Below are positions 1 through 12,411 of a stretch of DNA of 64,000 nucleotides, in pieces. Origin of the DNA: an uncultured bacterium (lineage in GTDB: Bacteria; Patescibacteriota; Gracilibacteria; Absconditabacterales; Absconditicoccaceae); NCBI GenBank assembly GCA_903904875.1, contig CAIVEC010000001.1, forward strand, positions 10,147-74,146, read 5' to 3'. Under the pieces are notes generated by a model that did no database searches, was not told where the DNA came from, and saw only the letters and a program-made list of their open reading frames with translations. Positions within the stretch are counted from its first letter, which is position 1. Each line of letters begins with the position of its first letter. A program made the translations under genes and the position numbers.

Positions 1-2
1 CG

Positions 3-287
3 CTTGAAGATTATGTAGGATTGGATATGGACGCCGTCTTGAATAAGATAACCCAAGAAATGTGAGAGTTTAATGATGCTGTACAGAAATACAGATGAAT
101 CTATTGCAGGGAGAAACATGAAACACCCGAAGAAGTGGAGAAAGAGGTTGGTGATTTGTTCTTCAACATCATTTCTTTATGTAATAGATTATGAATTGAT
201 CCTGATAGGTTACCAGAGTTCGCAGAAAATACCTTGCACAAAGCAGAAGGAAGAAAAGATATCTACAAAAAAATAATGGAAGAATAA
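3..287 (+). CDS. MazG-like NTP pyrophosphohydrolase, C-terminal fragment (5' end outside window)
   Basis: Read with TGA=Gly: ...EVEKEVGDLFFNIISLCNRLGIDPDRLPEFAENTLHKAEGRK..., a MazG-type helix pair. TAA at 285-287. 3 in-frame TGA. Confidence 0.55.
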
Positions 288-309
288 CTTTTATTCATTG
301 TGTATAGCC

Positions 310-1020
310 GTGAAGATTGCGTGAATACAACAGTCGACGATGATAGATTACCCAGGCAAGATCGCTTGCGTGGTCTTTACCCAGTGATGCAATTTCCGCT
401 GTAATTTTTGCCATAACCCTGAATGTGTCTTGCCGGAAAAAATGATGCTGTTCCAGAACGACTTGATCCCTGAAGACGCGTTCTTCAATTTCCTGAGAGC
501 GAGAAAATGACTTTTGGATTGAGTGAGTATCTGTTGATGAGAACCTACCTTACAACAAGACTTATACGACTTTGCCAAGAGGTGCAAAGAGATGTGATTC
601 TTCGTCAAGTTGGATACGAACGGGAGGGATTATCAACTCGTCAAAAGGATGATCCAGGATAAGATTCTTGATTATGTCGCGGTAGACTTGAAACACTCCA
701 TGCATTGTTACGGTGATGCGGTAGGACTTGAACAGCCCACAGAATTCTATCTGAGTTTCCAGAAATTATTGCAGATATTATTGGAAAGCAAAATAGATTA
801 CGAATATAGGACTACGGTCGCTAAGTGACTTCATACGCTTGATGATGTAGAGAATATGGCGGTCTATATCAGAGGTGCGAAGCACTATTATCTCCAGAAT
901 TATATCGGAGGGAATACGCTGGATCCTGATTTCTGATGAACGCCGTTCAGCGAAGAGGAATTGGAAGAATTCAAAAAAATAGCTGAACGTTATGTCCAGC
1001 ATTGCGAGATCAGAATGTAA
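310..1020 (+). CDS. nrdG: anaerobic ribonucleoside-triphosphate reductase activating protein (radical SAM)
   Basis: VKIAGIQQSTMIDYPGKIACVVFTQ(TGA=G)CNFRCNFCHNPE radical-SAM CxxxCxxC motif. GTG start at 310 (ATG alternative at 340), TAA at 1018-1020, 711 nt. Confidence 0.8.
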
Positions 1021-1098
1021 TTATTTTAGTCATCGCGAGCAAAGCGTGGCGATCCAGTATTAGATTGCTTCATTCTTCGCAATGACATCAATCAGTTA

Positions 1099-1875
1099 TT
1101 ATTTAAAGTGTTTCATACAGTCCTCGTATCCTTGAAGATATGCCTTGTGCATATTTTTTTTGCTGATATCCAAGACCTTGAGCGGAAGATCTTTATAGAA
1201 GAGATGTTTGACCGACGCCATGTTTTCTATGGTATGATGTCTGAGAAGAATCTCGAATGAAACCGATAAGGTATCGAAGATATTTTTTATTTTCTGATTC
1301 TCTTGGTATTTATTAAGCGCGATACCGATGATATCGTTTTTTGGATATCTCTTTTTCGCGATATCGACCGGGAAATTATTCGTCGCTCCTCCGTCCATCA
1401 GGACATGGTCCTGATAATGTACGACAGGGAATATTCCCGGGATGGAGACACTAGCAAGAAGGATAGGAGTCAGATCACCTTTGTCGAATAAAAGGAATTT
1501 TCATGTTTTGGTGTTGGTGGTTCAGATATAGGTCTTTATTTTGAGGTCGATGATTTTTTTTGGCAGATCCTTGATAAATTTCTTTTCGAAGTAATTGAGT
1601 TTTAGTAAGCTCTGTTTGGAAAAAATATTGATTGAAGAGAATCAAAACGCGTGATCGGCAATAAAGATATCGTAGATCTCTTGAGCGGAATATCCAGCTG
1701 ACCGGTAGCATCCTGCAATCGCTCACGCGCTTACTCCGTAGATGGCTTGGATTTTATCTTTATATCACAACTCCTCTAGTCACTTCAAAATCCCCAACGC
1801 ATAAAACCCTCTCGTTCCTCATCACGAAATTACGAGTGTGTATTTCTTTTTAGGAAGGAAGGAAAAAAGTTTCAT
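1099..1875 (-). CDS. patatin-like phospholipase
   Basis: MKLFSFLPKKKYTLVISGGGTRGFYALGILKGLEELG...GVSAGAIAG...DGGATNNFP. The GGGxRG oxyanion motif is partly encoded by TGA TGA (1819-1824). 777 nt. Confidence 0.85.
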
Positions 1876-1882
1876 AAACTTA

Positions 1883-2044
1883 ATGAAAAACTAAAAATGA
1901 AAAACGAATGAATTGTATACCTAAAGACTATCGTAATCTACAATAGTTTATAATAGAGCAAAAACAACATTATTCATTATTCATCGTTCATTATTCATTA
2001 TTCATCGTTCATTATTCATTATTCATCGTTCATTATTCATTATC
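1883..2044. repeat. intergenic hairpin element copy 1 (A/T-word arms, conserved core); right arm contains about 3.5 x 21-bp tandem repeat (1969-2041)
   Basis: Left arm aatgaaaaactaaaaatgaaaaacgaatgaa. Core ttgtatacctaaagactatcgtaatctacaatagtttataata. Right arm (ttcattattcattattcatcg)n is complementary to the left-arm words. Confidence 0.7.
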
Positions 2045-2603
2045 TGATGAGTTCTGCTCGATCTCCTGGCTTGATACCAGCAGCATTTGCTTCTTCGATG
2101 TCGACATGGAAATCCAACGCATAATCGTCTCTCGCTCTGACATCTACATTTTCAAAAACCAATCCTCTGATTCCTCAGACACGCATTTTTATCAAATCAT
2201 TGTTTTTGATCCCTAATTCCTGTGCATCCTTGATCGTGCAATGCAGATGTCTCTGCGCGACTAATGCGAACGGTCCGTAGACTTCTCCTGCCGGTCCGAC
2301 GATTTTGATATATGCGAGATCCTTGGTTTCTCCGGATACTTCGATAGGCGCATTTGTTCACAGTATGAAATTATCGCCAACCATGATTTCCACTTGCGTG
2401 GTTCTTCTATTTGGTCACATCACTCTCACTTTTTCTATTTTTCATTTCTCTCAGACAAGCGTAACGGTTTCCTCGCAGGCGTATTGGCCTGGCTGCGTGA
2501 TGTCTTTGAATTTCTTGAATGCATATCCTGGTCCGAAAAGCTTATCCGCTTCCAGCTGCCCGAGGTGAACGTGTCTATTGGAAATGCCTATAGGTATTCT
2601 CAT
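2040..2603 (-). CDS. pduL: phosphate acyltransferase PduL
   Basis: MRIPIGISNRHVHLGQLEADKLFGPGY...ITQPGQYACEETV...AQRHLHC; both PduL repeats recognised. 5 in-frame TGA. 564 nt. Confidence 0.85.
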
Positions 2604-2628
2604 ATTTTGAATGTAAAGAATAAATACA

Positions 2629-3108
2629 TTATTGTATTATTTTTCTCATCTTATGAGAGTATGTCGTGAATCAAGATTTTTCATAGAATTTAATTGCTCA
2701 TTGATTGAAATCCCGGACATTCAATTCAATATCGGATATAGCATTTTCTTTTGCCCGATCTTCTACTTTCTGGAGTAATATCTTCCCTATTCATTTTTTT
2801 TTGTATGTTTCTTGTACAACGATCGTATCTATATCAACCCATATTCTTGGCTTCAAAACTGGAATATCACTTGCTTTTTTTATGAATGCGAGAGCACATC
2901 AGACAACACGTTCGCCATCCTTGGCCAGCAAAAGTTTTGAATCGGCGCTAGTTATTATACTCATATAATACTCTTTAGTAAATAATTCCGGTTCCGGTTG
3001 TTTGAATTTCCATGGTGCTTGAAGCCTATGGAATTCTTCCACTTCTTTGAATACCTCGACAAATCAGAGATAGTCTTCTTGGGTAGCAGGCACTAGTATT
3101 ATATTCAT
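2629..3108 (-). CDS. GNAT family N-acetyltransferase
   Basis: ...IVVQETYKKKGIGKILLQKVEDRAKENAISDIELNVRDFNQGAIKFYEKSGF, the GNAT acetyl-CoA motif (Q/RxxGxG). 480 nt, 4 TGA. Confidence 0.7.
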
Positions 3109-3116
3109 GGTATATA

Positions 3117-3674
3117 TTAAATATTAAATGTAGCAATCACTTTCTCTATCTGTTCATTGAGTTCTTCGAATGTTCAATTATTGATGAATATATGGTCAGC
3201 CATTTGGATACATTTAGCGACATTCTGTTTGGTAGGATCTTCGTTCTCCATTTCTCTTTGTTCGTCACTGATAAATTTTTCGTACGACACATGATCGCTT
3301 TCATTATTCCTCAATACAACTCTTTCATATCTGATCTTCGGATCTGCGTCGATTGCGAAGAAATGGAAATTCTCCTTGCCTTTGAGCGCTTCAACTTCAC
3401 CCACGGTCCTTAAGCTTTCGATGATAGCATTCTTTCCGCTGAGTTTCGCTTGTTCATAGAGTTGTTCAGCGATATAGGAAGATCAATATATTGCACGAAG
3501 GTCATTACCGACGATGACCATACTATCCCTATTCACCGGCATTCCTCTCTTCTCTATTTCTTGGATCAGATACGCTCTCACGGAAAAATGCTGGAATCAT
3601 TTCTTCTGGACAAGATAGTCCACGATGGTGCCTTTTCCTGCACCGAGTGTTCACGTGATTCAGACGATAATCAT
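3117..3674 (-). CDS. P-loop nucleotide/nucleoside kinase-like protein (dephospho-CoA kinase / dNMP kinase-like)
   Basis: MIIVGITGTLGAGKGT Walker A, with two of the Gly as TGA. 558 nt. Exact family not resolved. Confidence 0.6.
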
Positions 3675-3769
3675 GATAATATGATTAAGGGATAAATTTC
3701 ATTGAGTATAGTTATTTAGACAAGAATTGAAACAATTTTTTTTGAAGGTCGATTATAATATTTTTATAT

Positions 3770-3885
3770 ATTTTGTCCTCCTTTTGAAAAGGAGGGGTGG
3801 TGCGGAAGCACAGGAGGATTTAAGTCGTGGACACGAAATCCCTCATCCGCAAAATGCGGATACCTCTCCCTTTTATAAAGGGAGA
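3770..3885. repeat. cluster of short GC-rich REP-like hairpins
   Basis: cctccttttgaaaaggagg, atccgcaaaatgcggat, tctcccttttataaagggaga. Similar hairpins at 1020-1090, 18170-18290 and 42880-42935. Confidence 0.5.
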
Positions 3886-3986
3886 CAAATTTTGTAAGTC
3901 CAACGAAGTGTTTACTATTTATGTTTGAAAACAGCATTACACTTGTATATAGTTATAGCAATAATTTATCTTTTCACTTATGCACC

Positions 3987-4883
3987 ATGCGAGAACAGAT
4001 ACAGAAATATTATGCTGACAAAAAAATCTTCTGGAGGATTATTCTCGTCATCATCCTCGTTTTGATTATCATCTTCCTGATGAACGGAGGAAAGAGATGA
4101 GTGCATCTCAATATCAATAATAACTTAAATTTTGCTGGCGAAACAATGCCAATTGACGGAAAGTATGCGTTGAATATCGAAAGGTTTGACAGGGAAGTTG
4201 CGTTGTTGGAAATCAATGAAGCGCAATTTATCATGATCTACAAAAGACGAAATCTGATCATGCCAACGATAGAAAAAGCGCTCAAAAAGGCTGATCTTCC
4301 TGACGACTTTAAATACATCCCGGTCATCGAAAGCGCATTGAGGGAGAACGTGGTCAGTTCGGCAGGCGCTGCAGGATTGCGGCAATTGATGCCGGGTACT
4401 GCGCAGAAATATGGTTTACTGGTGAATGAATTTGTTGATGAGAGATACGATGTCGCTAAGTCTACGGCGGCGGCTGTCAGTCATTTGAAGGAATTATGAA
4501 AACTGTTTAACAAGCGGACGCTCGTAGCCGCCGCCTACAACAGAGGCGAAAACGGCTTGCAGAATAGTTTGGAATCGCAATATAGCAATAACTTCTACGA
4601 CCTCCGATTGAATAACGAAACCTCAAGATACGTCTTCAGATTATTGGCGATGAAGTATATACGGGAGAATAAATACAGATTCTTTGACCGTGGAATTCTA
4701 GGTGATATGTATACACCGTTCATCACCAAAAGTATGAGCGTGAAACAAGTGGACGATCTAGCGGACCGAGCGAGAAAAAATAATTTGGGGTATTATGAAG
4801 TTAAGAAGTTGAATCCGCGGATCATGAAGAATAATCTCCCGGAAGGCAAACGGAATATAGAAGTATTTCAGTCAGATAAATAG
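3987..4883 (+). CDS. membrane-anchored lytic transglycosylase (SLT domain)
   Basis: N-terminal TM, then IPVIESALRENVVSSAGAAGL(CGG)QLMPGTA and (CGG)TLVAAAYNRGENG. Both CGG fall where this family has Trp (GLWQ, W..AAYN). 897 nt. Confidence 0.8.
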
Positions 4884-4898
4884 GTTTATAAGTTTTTA

Positions 4899-4927
4899 AA
4901 AAAAGAGCCTTCATCGGCTCTTTTTTA
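4899..4927. terminator. bidirectional intrinsic terminator between SLT gene and efp
   Basis: aaaaagagcc-ttcatc-ggctctttttt hairpin flanked by an A-run and a T-run. Confidence 0.65.
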
Positions 4928-4941
4928 CTATATATTCAATA

Positions 4942-5493
4942 TTAATTTGTTTCTCAGGTAAGCGTATTTAATGTCACGGTGTCACCTTCATTCTTGTGGA
5001 GCGGGATCATGATTTCCATCCCTGTCTCTATCTTTGCTGGTTTCTTTCCTGCCTGCGCTCTGTCTCATTTCACGCCGGGAACCGTGGAAACTATTTTGTA
5101 CGAAACGGTCGGCGGCAAGATGACGCTAATGACATTCCCTTTGTAGACCATAACGAAACAATCCATATTCTCTTTGAGATATCCTGTGATATCGTCAACC
5201 ATGGATTTGTTCAAGTCGTGCATCTCTCCTGTATCATTTTCCATGAACGTATAGCTGTCTCCTGCACTATATAAGAAGATTGCGTTCTTGGTGATTACAT
5301 CACCTTTTTCGAGAACAGTCCCAGATTTGTACGTGAATGTCTGCACACCACCCGTGATAAGATTCTTCATTTTGAAAGAATAGCTTCCTTGCCTTTGCTG
5401 CATCTGCATAAACGCAAAATCCACTACTTTATACAACTGACCATCAATTTCTACGATGGTATTTTTTTTAATTTCAGAAACATCTAACTTCAT
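4942..5493 (-). CDS. efp: elongation factor P
   Basis: MKLDVSEIKKNTIVEIDGQLYKVVDF...PGVK(TGA=G)DRAQAGKKPAKIETG. 552 nt. The ORF-track TTG start at 5511 is less likely. Confidence 0.9.
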
Positions 5494-5517
5494 AACATTA
5501 TGACTAAACAATTAAAA

Positions 5518-8500
5518 TTAATTTAATTCGAACACGATAAGCTGACTTCCTCCGCCGAGACTTTGACCGAGGATATTGTTAACGAATTCCTGATATTGAG
5601 GATTATTCGCTTTGACAAGATTCACTAGTCCGAGATATTGTGTCAAAATCAAACGTTCATCCTGGGAAAGTCATTCAATGGTTTTAGTGAGTTCTTCTGA
5701 AGCTCATTGTTGTTCAAGTATTTTTGCCGCTATAGGGAAGAGTTTATTTTCATCAACCACCTTTCCATAGACATCAGCGATATCGCCTATCACTTGTCCA
5801 TCAGCTATCCTGTTTGTAAATGTCTCTCCGATGAAGTTAAGCAAGGTTTGTGAATCCGGGAAGAATCTTGCAACTGAAAGCTTAGCTCTGAGGAATACGA
5901 GATCATCAGCAGACATAGCTCCGAATTTTGCGATAAGCGTAGCGTCGTCCAAACTGAATGCATATTTCGCTCATAAATTATTTGTTGAGAATAAACTGAT
6001 ATATCACGCTTTCCGGAGTTTGACTAAATCGCTGATCGCTCCGTCCTCTTGGATCTTTCCGGTGACCGGATCTCTCTTGGCAAAGAATCTATTGAAGAGT
6101 GATTCATTTCCTTCTCACATTACCACGGTTCCGATATTCGGATCGATGACGAGATATTTGAGATTGCTGTCTACGAGTCTCTGGTAGGATTTACATAAAT
6201 TTCCATCGCTGTTCTGTTCTCGGAATCGGTCAAGCATTCCATCGCTTCTGATATTGTGTTGATTATCCAAGAAGTATTGCATATAGGTTCCTGCAATCAA
6301 AACCCCATCTTTGTTCGGCCTATTTTTTACGTAGTCAATGAATTTATTATAATGAGGGAATTGGAGATCGAAAACATCCTTTTGTCCGTATCCTGCTTTC
6401 ACTACTTCTTTCTGTTGAAGCGTGTCGGTGATCTCTGTGGTCTTTCCGTTATTCATCTTGTATCGAAGGAAAGGGCCTCATCCGCCTTGTGAAGAGATTC
6501 TTACAAAGTTGAGTACGAATTGCACTAATCCTCGGATAGCAAAAAGGAAGAGAATAATGTAGATCATAGTCTTATCTTTTTCATCCTTGGAATGTTCAAA
6601 CATATCCCTGAAAATCATAGCTACTGCGATGACGGTCCGTATGACAAGTCCCATTCCATACCGGAGGATACCTCATCCTATAATCCGCCAGATTGCTCGC
6701 CCTATAATGGTCACTCCTGAAAGCACGACGAGATTGGTATCTTGTCTGAAATGTTTTGCGTTGCACAATGCGTAAATGAATCCAAGTACTAACAATGCCA
6801 TGATCATCAACCATACAAATCCGATATCCGTATAATAACTGCTGAGATTCTGCAATGATCGATTGAAGACGATATTGAATGGTACGAGATATCTATAGGG
6901 TATATTGATTTTTCCTGCTTGAGTCTGAATTACATGATCTTGATAATATCCTCTCAGTGCGACTATCTGATCTCTGTATTCAGTGGGATTGATGACAGTT
7001 CCGCTTCCTTTGGCTGCATAGGCAGCAAGCGCTCAGCTCAAGAGATCATATGCTTTAGTCCCTGGCTGCACTTGTGTAAAGAGTTTCTGAAGTGTCGGAA
7101 CATTGAAGTTATCTATGGCTTGCGCATTTACACAGAGCAATTTCGCCGCTGCATTGACTCCATAACAGGTATTATTGTTTGGATAGAATATCCTCAGCAA
7201 TCCATAGCCGAGATTGAGCCCTCCACCCTTATCAATTTCCTTCCGGCCATATCCGATATATCTTCCCACATCCTCATTCGTAGTTACCGCTTTTTTGATA
7301 TTGGCATTCAATTCTTCTGTAGTGAAACTGGTTTGTTTACATTGTTCAGGAGATAGGACAGCGGTATTTACTACTGTCGTGTCTACTGCTGTTTGTAGGG
7401 CTAATGCCTTAGTATCCGTAGCAGCCAGTAATGGTTTTGATTGATCTTGTTTTCCCAGGAGAATGCTTTTTATGAAATTTCCTGGAGTAAGGGTATGATC
7501 ATTGATTCCTTTGATCAGCATATTCGGTCCTTTGAAGACAAGCAAGGTCACCGCTAATGTCACCGCCCAAATGCATATATATTTGAATAACCTTTTTTTA
7601 TCTGAAAGATTTCCTTGGGCTTTATTTTTGTTCATCATCATCCTTACCAATCCAAGAACGACTATAATCAATCCTATCACCACAATATATTTTCCTGCTG
7701 CAGGAGTCATCATATCAGGGGCATTGGCAATTTTGAGAATACCCGTCACTCCCACAGTCATGATACCTGCTCCGATAGCGACAATACTATCTATCCAGAG
7801 CCCTACAAGCAATAATCCGAATAATGCCATATCGATAAATGCTGTTGGTTTAGCCATACCTGCTCGAGCAAACATCACTCACGAGATGATGATATATTTG
7901 AGCGAATCTCGATGAAGCTTGAGTCCATGCTCGCGATTGTCCAGGATATATTTAAGGAAGATGAATCCAGAAAGGATCGCTAAGATCGTCAATGCCATCA
8001 CTCACAGATCACTCTTATTATCCACGAAAACCAAGAACGCTCACATTCAGCTCGTAAGCCGGAATAATAGCATCATCCATCCGCTATACATACCAAGTGT
8101 CGTAGTAATATCTTCTTCGTCTTTTTCCTCTTTTTTCGGAGAGAAATACGTCAATACTTCCTTGATGAGTCCTGTTCAGAAAATAAGGACGAATACTCAA
8201 CTAAGGAAGTTCATCGCAACAGCTATCGTATCCGGTGCTAGCCAAAATCGGCTTTTGATAGGTTGTATGAGTGCAAACCGGAATGTAACAAAAATATGCC
8301 GGAGATATGGCGCTGCTGCCGCTGGTCCTACATTACCTCGAAGCACTCCATGGCTTTGTGCAAGCACTCTCGGGATATACATATATTCATGATTAGCATC
8401 CCATGCGGTTGAATACGGAATAAATGATAATTGGAATCCATAGAGATAGTAGATAAGTGAAACCGCTAGGAGTATGATTCACAATCGTTTTCGCCGATTA

Positions 8501-9132
8501 GCTTTCAGTTTTTCTCCTCTAAATTCGTCGGCGATATCGCTGATGATGGTTTTGTAGGGAAGTATATCAGCTTTTGTACGCCGATAGATATATCCGATTC
8601 CCACAAAAAGAATCCGGATTACGATTCATCGTAATAAATGAATCATAGAGAAGATATATACGATCAATAAGAAAATTCAGAGTCACATTCAGAAATTGAT
8701 AAGCATCTCTTGCCATCTGGTCTCTTTGAACTTGATGTAGGTTTTGGATATCCATGTTCCGAATGCCATGATACCGAGAACAAAATACATTCCTAGGAAA
8801 TACAGTATCAAGGTATTGAGCATAAGGATGATGAATCATGCCGATCATCAGATTATGGTATCTTTGATCAGCGTGAACGCAGTGGTATACACCATCAACG
8901 TCAATGGGATGATATATATGAAGAATCTCTTTACGGAAAATACTTTTGATCTGATGATATATACGATAGGAATACACACCGCGATAATGCTCCGAATCAC
9001 TAATTTCCGATTATCCCAACTTGCCAGCATAGTCTGATAGTACGTATGGTTCGCCATGAATTCGTTGTAGATGGTCACTCCGAAAAAACTGAGGAGCAAG
9101 ATACCGATAATCAAAAAGATTTTTTGTTTCAT
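5518..9132 (-). CDS. giant polytopic membrane protein (1204 aa), family not recognised
   Basis: ORF-track fragments 5704, 6115, 6673, 7033, 8197 and 8848 share one frame. Codon-by-codon checks of 5518-5706 and 7876-8199 show only TGA between them. Many TM helices flank a hydrophilic stretch of about 280 aa. 3615 nt. Confidence 0.75.
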
Positions 9133-9177
9133 TACAGAAATGGGAAATGAATAAAAGATAATATGCTGAAAAAATTA

Positions 9178-10881
9178 TTAATTACTTTTTTCCGGATCGT
9201 AGAATACATGAAGAAGTATCTTGGTTAATGGTACATTGAGAAATAAGGTAAGAAACATAGTCACAAGCATCATAGATCCAAATCCTTTGAACATATTTGT
9301 TCCCATGGAAAAGAGGACAAACGCTATCAATCACGTACTGATGTTACCATCCCTGATAGCTGACCGGCTTCTGTCTTTGGCATTATCAATCGCTCATCTT
9401 ATGCTTTTCCCTTCTTTAAGCTCTTCACGCAATCTCTCGTAGATCAAGATATTCGCATCCACTCACATTCCTATAGAAAGGATGATAGCTGCTATACCGC
9501 TCAGTGATAATGCGTAGTCGGTAAGTTTCATGAACGCTGCAAGAACCGTCAAGGACGTAATCAACACCATACCGGTAAGAATCATTTTTTTGTACCCATA
9601 CATGCTGCAGATCAAAATCATGATAGCAAAAAAGCCTATCAATCACGCGAACAACGCTCCCGTCAATGCATTGACTCATAGACTCGGACTGATTTTTTCT
9701 TCTTGCATCAAGATCAAAGGCGCAGGCAATGTTCCTTCATTCAATGCATTAGATAATTGTTTAGCGGATTCTGTGGTAAATGATCAGTTGATTTCCGCTG
9801 TTCCTCCACAGATTTTGGTTTGGATATTTGGTGCGGTAAGCAGATTTCCACCTACGAATATTGCCATAGGTTTTCCTACATTCGCTTGAGTTATATTACA
9901 GAACACTTCTTTTCCATTCTCATCCAAATTGATGACTACGGTAGGTTCTCCGACTTGTGAAGTTGACGTGTTAGCAAATTTGAAGTAGGCACCATTGAGG
10001 ATTTTTTCTCCATCAGTTGCTGGTATCCGCGTTTCCCTATCTTGGATAAAAATATCTTCAAATACATAGATTGTCGCTGTATTCCCTGACAAATCCTTGC
10101 CTTGTTTTCTGTCCAAGACACGGAATATCGTATATCCGTCCAATGCGACTCAGGTTCATTGGGTAAGCGCATTCTCTTGTTGCTGATAGACAGTAGTATA
10201 ATTTCCTTCTATAAGTCCGTAGATTTTCCCTATTTCTGCAGCATCAAGAAGCTTCGGATTCTTTTTGTAGATATCTGGCAACTGATCCAAGGTATTTCCT
10301 GTGAATACCGTATGATAGATATTTTCTGACATCCTTCCTTCGAGCATTTTCTGGATATTTTCTGGATCTTTTTGTACTTCAGCAAGGACCTGAGCAGCTA
10401 ATGCCTTTCTGGCTGCTATACTTGCTTTAGTGGGTTTCTCAGGATTCTGAAGTTTGAATTCGAGTTCGAGCGTCTTACCGATAAGCTCTTTCGCCTGATC
10501 AAGATCAGCGATACCACCTATCTCTACAACGATATAATGTTGATTATCCATATTCTGGACATATGCTTTATAATCACTGACTCCGAGTTTGGAAATCCTG
10601 TTATCGATATTTTTCATGATAATAGTTTCTATCGTCTTTTCGATAGTAGCAAGCTCCGTGGTATTGGTATATATTTTTTCATATTTATCATAAGAGATTT
10701 TGTAGACCAATCTGGTTCATCCTGATACATCCAATCCTTTCCTGAAATGAGCAAATCCATTTGTAGTAAGGATAAAACTTCTGGTTCATGTCTGAGGATC
10801 AAATTTTCTTCCTACAAAGAGGACAAATATCAAGGATACGATAAACAGTGCTGCAAAAATCGTTTTTTTACTAATTTTCAT
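9178..10881 (-). CDS. secD: protein translocase subunit SecD
   Basis: GLDVSGGTRLVY..., VGKPMAIFVGGNLLTAPNIQTKICGGTAEI(N)G, GMGVDANILIYERLREE. S(CGG)SAIRDGN matches the family W. 1704 nt. No secF next to it. Confidence 0.85.
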
Positions 10882-11002
10882 CTGCTGCCATAATATGGAT
10901 AAAATTTTGAAATAACAAAAAATAACAAAAAAGTTGAACGCTATTTTTTAGTTTTTTAGTGGTATAATGCAAGTGAAATTGGCTGAAATGCGGCAGTTAA
11001 AA

Positions 11003-12298
11003 TTAGGCTTCAAGCCTGACAAGTTTAAACTGTTTCTTCCCTTTTCTGAGAAGAATCGTTCCGTTGATGAAATCCTCTTTTTTGACTGTATGTTGGATGT
11101 CGATGACTTTTGCTTCATTACAATATAAGGAACCAGAAGCGAGAAGTTTCTTCGCTTCGCCGTTGGATTCGGTAAGTCCAGCTTGCGTAAAGAGGTCTAT
11201 GAGTTTAAATTCTGTTCCTGAGATCTCACATCCGCCGGTCTCTTTCTGGAGTGCAGCTAAATCATTTTTGGTCATCGTCCTGATGGTCTGTAATTTATCG
11301 CCTTGGCCAAAAAGAATTTCGGTAATTTTCATGGCCTGATTAGCAGCATCTTCGCCGTAGACGGTAGTAACCAAATAATTAGCCAATTGTTTTTGTCCGT
11401 ATCTGAGTTCCGGGTTCTGCCTATGATTTTTGACGATGCCTGCTACCACGTCGAAATCGAGCAAAGTGAAAATCTTGAGATATTTTTCCACATCTTCATC
11501 TGTCGTATTCATAAAGTATTGATACGCGAAATACGGGCTGGTCTTATTCGGATCAAGAAAAATGGCGTTTCATTCAGATTTTCAGAATTTTTTTCCGGTT
11601 GAATCGTTTATCAAGGGAAACGTCATCACATATCCTTCCGCTTCGTTTCCAAGTTTTTTCCTGATCATTTCCGTACCGGTCACCATATTCCCCCGTTGGT
11701 CGGATCATCCTATCTGCAATTTTACCTTATGCTTTTCATATAAGGTAAGGAAATCGTATCCTTGCAGAAGCATATAGCTGAATTCGGTATAGGTGATGCC
11801 CATTTCCGGATCTTCTATCCTTTTTTTCACCGTCTCTTTGTTGAGCATATTATTGACGGTGATATATCTTCCTGCCGTTCTGAGAAATTCAAAAATGCTC
11901 ATGTTTTTGTAAAAGTCATAGTTATTGATCACTTCGAATTTGAAGTCGTATCCACTAAGTGATTTAAGATTTTCGAGGATTTGTTTTACTTGTTTGGTGA
12001 TTGCTTTTTCGTTGTCTCTCAGCATAGTTTCGTCGAGCATTGTCCTGTCACTAGTCTTTCCACTCGGATCTCAGATCATTCCTGTTGCTCCTCCGACGAT
12101 CATCACGAAGGTGTTGTTCCTTTTCATGAAATTCACTGCCGTCATGAAGCTGACAAAATTTCCGAGCTGGAGAGAATCCGACGTCGGATCGAATCCACAG
12201 TAAAATTTCTGTCCTCCTTTTTCGTAGAGATCAAAAAGCTTTTCATCAGTGAATTGATATACTAAACCACGGGTTTCCAATTCTTCACGCAAATGCAT
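11003..12298 (-). CDS. tyrS: tyrosine--tRNA ligase
   Basis: [15 protein letters not shown] (HIGH-type region), GGSDQ(CGG 11693-11695)GN = GGSDQWGN, KFGKSEG (KMSKS), C-terminal S4-like domain. 1296 nt. Confidence 0.95.
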
Positions 12299-12411
12299 AC
12301 TTCATTACTTATAAAATAAATATTGTATTGTCACATATTGCTACAGATTGTTCCAGGTTGCAGCAATCTGAATCTATCTGCAACTATCTGAAGCAACCTG
12401 AGACAAATTTT

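Noticed and set aside
1099-1875. Patatin-like phospholipase as the effector of a CBASS-like defence system
   Set aside because: No cyclase, sensor or other defence partner lies next to it. The neighbours are nrdG and pduL.
10934-10968. Plus-strand promoter-like TTGAAC ... TGGTATAAT between secD and tyrS
   Set aside because: The spacer is about 23 nt, too long for a sigma-70 promoter, and both flanking genes are on the minus strand. No supported downstream product.
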